DNA of 63,999 bases, the filler included, from Hausera hauseri (Eukaryota), in NCBI GenBank assembly GCA_046269625.1. It is 13 parts of 13 records of this genome, joined end to end, with 100 filler letters (N's around TTAATTAATTAA, not from the genome) between each part and the next. Parts side by side here need not be neighbours in the genome. Positions count along the whole stretch, not along the records: positions 59,983 to 63,999 come from JBJURY010816753.1; 12 more parts are not named here. One strand, given 5' to 3'. The notes under the pieces were generated by a model. The model searched no databases. It was given only the letters and a program-made list of their open reading frames with translations, and had not been told where the DNA came from. A program made the position numbers and the translations under genes. This document shows, piece by piece, positions 60,380-63,999 of the stretch (positions are counted from its first letter, which is position 1; each line of letters begins with the position of its first letter).

Positions 60380-63300
60380 GTGGCAAAGTTGAAGCTATAA
60401 AGGATAAAAGATAAACAGAAAAAACGCAAAACGAAAAGTGTTTGTGTTAGTTGAGTTTAGTGTGTATAAGGCGTTGAATACTTTCGACTGATTTTTCCCT
60501 ACTATATTGGCTGAATGTGACTCTGCGTGTTGTGTATTTGTGCAGTGTGCTTGTTTGCAGAGATTGAGTTTGGGGAAAAATTGTTAGATTTTAGTGTAGA
60601 TGTTGTGTCGTGCGAAGATAAAGAGGAAGGTGTGGAAGGTAAAGAAGAAGGTGAAAGAAGAAGAGTGATTGTTGAAGACGGAGGGTTAAAGTTATTGAAA
60701 AGAGTGTTAGAAGACAAAGGAGTGATGGAAGGTGTAGTGATGGATAAAGGAAAAGAAGAAAAAGTTGGGGTAGAGATTGGAATTGTGTTTAGTGAAAGAG
60801 TTGAAGAAGAAGATGAAGCAGAGGTAGTGGTAAAGATAGGAAGAGTGGTAGGAATAGAAGGAGGAAGTGTAGGAAATTATGGAGCAAGACTAGGCGCAGG
60901 AGAGGAAGGTGGAAGTGGTGTGGCTATAGATGTAGTGGCAGCAGAGAGTGGAGGAGTAAGAAAAGAGTTTGGCGTGTCGGTTGGTAAGGTGCCATCGACA
61001 AAGAAAGCTGGCTTTGGGTTTTTGATGTGTACTGTAAAGTCTTTACCGTCTTTGGAGATGATGGCGTTATGCGAGTGTAGTTGTAACAGTTTGTAGGGCC
61101 CCAGGTACCGTAGCCGGAAACCACAAGGAGCTTGATTCTTCAGCCATACGAATTTAGCAGTATACAAATCTTCAGGTAAGTATGTTTTATCTTTATGAAG
61201 TAGTCTGCAGAACGAATCTTTGCTGACCTCGACGGTGATTTTGCGCCGCACGTATCGTTTCATCTGTAAGAGTGTCGCCTAGGGCGGTTAGTTCAAATAA
61301 TGAGCGGACAGGAGCTCCGAATAAGGCATCAGTAGGTGAACATCCTGTAGAAGTGGACGTAGTGTTCCGCCAGCCGAGCAGAACGAACGGAAGAAGATTC
61401 GTCCAACTACTGTTGGACCCTGCAAGAATTCTTAGTGACGTATTCAATGTACGGTGGAAACGTTTTAGAAGGCCATTCGATTGGAGGTGATAAGGCGTAA
61501 TATGAATGTTGTAGATCCCCAATCGGTTAACAAGGGATTTGAACAGGTTGGATTTAAACTGTGGACCCTGGTCCGTGATGATGAAACGAGGTGATCCAAA
61601 CCTGCTAATCCATGTGCGAATGAAAACGTCAGCTATGGTGTCGGTGTTTGTGCTCCGCAGAAGGATGGCTTCTGGCCATCGCAAAGAACGGTCCATCATG
61701 GTGAAGATGAATTGATGACGATTTCGATATGCGCGGACTCGAAACGCGATGTGCAAGAGACGTGGAATAGTGGTGGCTTTAAATGCTTAGCTGTTTTGTA
61801 CTTTTGACAAGGCACACACTCCTTAACCCATGCCTGCACATAAAAACGCATTGCCGGCCATATTACTTGTCGGTGGAGTAGACGACAAGTGGCTTTAGCA
61901 CCAGGATGGTGTAAAGAATGCATGCTGTGAAATTCTTGCCTTTGCAATGATGGTGCTAGAATTATTACGGAATGGCCTGGTTTGGAGGTGTCTAAAGCCA
62001 CGCCGTCAATAATTGTGCAAGATTTAAAAGAATTAACCATGTTCTGAGATGACTGCTTCTATTGAAGTTGATCTTGCGTAAAGAGCAGTGAAAAATTAAT
62101 CGAACTAACCGACCTAGATACAAAATCAGCAACTAAATTGTTAACCCCGTTAATATGTTTAATATCAAACTAAATGTCGATAAGTATGGTATTTGTAGTT
62201 CTTGGCGTGTGGAAGGGTGTTTCATAGCCGCGATGTTAAGTAAAGGCTTGTGATCGGTTTGTAGAGTAAAATGACAAGCGACAAGTAGATGTGAGAAATG
62301 CTTTAAAGCGAGAACGATGGCCAATAGTTCTCGATCGAACGTGAAATATCTTGTTTCAGGTGATGTTAGCTTGCGAGAGAAAAATTCCAGTGGTTGATTT
62401 TCTCTTTGTAGACCTAGTGGAGTACAGCGCCTAATGCAGTGGTTGACGTGTCTATAGTAAGGATAAGTTCTGCATCAGGCTTGGGAAAAGCAAGAATGTC
62501 GACGATTTTGATTCCTTCGCGTAGCTTATCAAATTTGTCGATCAATTCAGGTGTCCACTGGATTGGCTGATGTTTTTTGCCATCGCTTAAGTGTGCAAAT
62601 GGTGCTGTCAATTTCGAGCAATATGGTACGTATTTACGTACAAAGTGTAGTGTGCCAAGGAAGCTGCGAATTTCGGTTGTTGTACGTGGCAACTGGATGT
62701 TTTTAAGAACTTCAACTCGGTCTGATTGGGGAGAATGACCGTCTGATGTAATAACGTGGCCCAGAAAGTTTATGCGCCTTTTGAAAAAATGTCATTTGTC
62801 GAAATTGACTTGGAGATTATAGTAATTAAGGCGTTGGAATTTTGCGCGAAGGTGTTCTTCGTGTTGTTTGGCCGAAGATGCAACGACTAGAATATCATCG
62901 ATATAAGGGTGTGCAAACGGGAAATCGAAAATAATTGAATCAATGTGCTGCTGAAAAGTTTGTGCGGTATTCCGCAAACCAAATGGCACAAAGAGGTATT
63001 CATAGAGGCCAAAATGAGTAGATACTGCGGTTTTTGCTGTCTTCGGGTGCCACCGGTATTTGGTGGTAAGCCTTAGCTAAATCAATGGTCGAATAGATGG
63101 TGGTTGAATTAAGACGATGCAAGATATCCTTGATGAGTGGTAAGGGGTATGCATTCATGATAGTCAGGTTGTTAAGCTGTCGGTAGTCACCGCATGGTCT
63201 AAAAGTATCGGCCTTTTTGTACAACGTGCAACGGTAATAACCAAGGAGATTTGGAACGGCGTACTATGCCGGAACCTTCTAGTTCAAGAAATTTGGCTTC

Positions 63301-63999
63301 TACGGCCTGTCTACGACGAGGTGACAAAGGCCATACTTTTTGGCGTATTGGACGTTGATGATGTGTAACTATATGGTGTAAAGTATTGTTTGCGGGAGTA
63401 AACGTGCGGTCTTTTTAAAGTACGCGTGGACATGATGTGTAGACGAACTGTTGTAAAGTTGTAGGTAACTGTGAAAGATTCGGTGAAAGTGGTGAAACGG
63501 CTTGACTAGTAGCAGATGAAATTTGAGTTTTTAGGTGATTTGCAGTCAAGTGGTATTTGGTATAAGATGGTTGAATTGAAAATGGTGTTGGATGAGGTAT
63601 TTTCATCGAATGAGTTAACGTTGGTGGCAGTACCACAATTATCGACATTGAACTTAAGTCGAATATCAGTATTATTACTTAAAAAAGTCAACGAATGATT
63701 CGATTTTTTGTAACAATAATTCCATTCGTAAATTTTTAAGATTGACTTCCGCATTCCGGTAGACTGTGCGGTAGTCGAAATGCTATTTACATGTCCATAA
63801 ATGTCGCCAGTGGTGCCGTTCCTCAAACATCGTTGACTGCAGTCAACCAGTAAATTATAGTGTGAGAGAATGTCGGATCCTAGAATTGCCGTCTGGACGT
63901 TAGCGACTGTGAACGTCCAGCGGAAAGGTGCAGGAAAATTTGGTAGATTGAAAGATAATCTAGCCATGCCAGAAATGTGCAGCGATTTCCATATTACCA
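60230..63999 (-). mobile_element. Ty3/gypsy CHCC-Gag family, copy D (protease, RT, RNase H, integrase, 3' end); gag lies outside the window
   Basis: ILGSD, RPCGDYRQLN, YIDD, TDHKPL, HHPG, RWPEA, TDQGPQF, YLGPYK. Confidence 0.92.

Noticed and set aside
1-63999. A single large virus genome carrying GPCR, ATG9, ACE and KAT8 as auxiliary genes
   Set aside because: The contigs are unlinked, the genes are spliced exons or fragments, and the virus-like genes are decayed Polinton or retroelement sequences

Overview
This window is not one locus. It is 13 short eukaryotic (metazoan) contigs of about 4-6.5 kb, joined by artificial 100-bp N/TTAATTAATTAA/N linkers. Most of it is decayed mobile DNA. (1) Four diverged copies of a Ty3/gypsy family with CHCC-type Gag; all three copies whose 5' end is present carry a ubiquitin-like domain ending in LRGG/LFGG fused in frame to Gag, plus a conserved AAAAAAC + pseudoknot -1 frameshift signal. 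This is the main novelty candidate. (2) Three contigs of Polinton/Maverick (adintovirus-like) genes: major and minor capsid, core-like ORFs, FtsK-type ATPase, integrase, pPolB, dUTPase and a DEDD-like ORF. (3) A head-to-head pair of spliced C2H2 zinc-finger genes around a 118-bp inverted repeat; one ends in a Polinton PolB N-terminal (terminal-protein-like) domain. (4) A Gmr1-like gypsy element, a Gag-unknown-Env element with a chuvirus/gB-like glycoprotein and no pol in between, and a gypsy integrase followed by a receptor-like membrane ORF. (5) A hATm-like transposase relic and a Nin/Deu-type SINE. (6) Host gene pieces: an NPY/NPF receptor exon, ATG9, KAT8, ACE, NCKAP1 and NO VEIN/sacsin-like. 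All family assignments come from motif recognition by eye; no searches were run.
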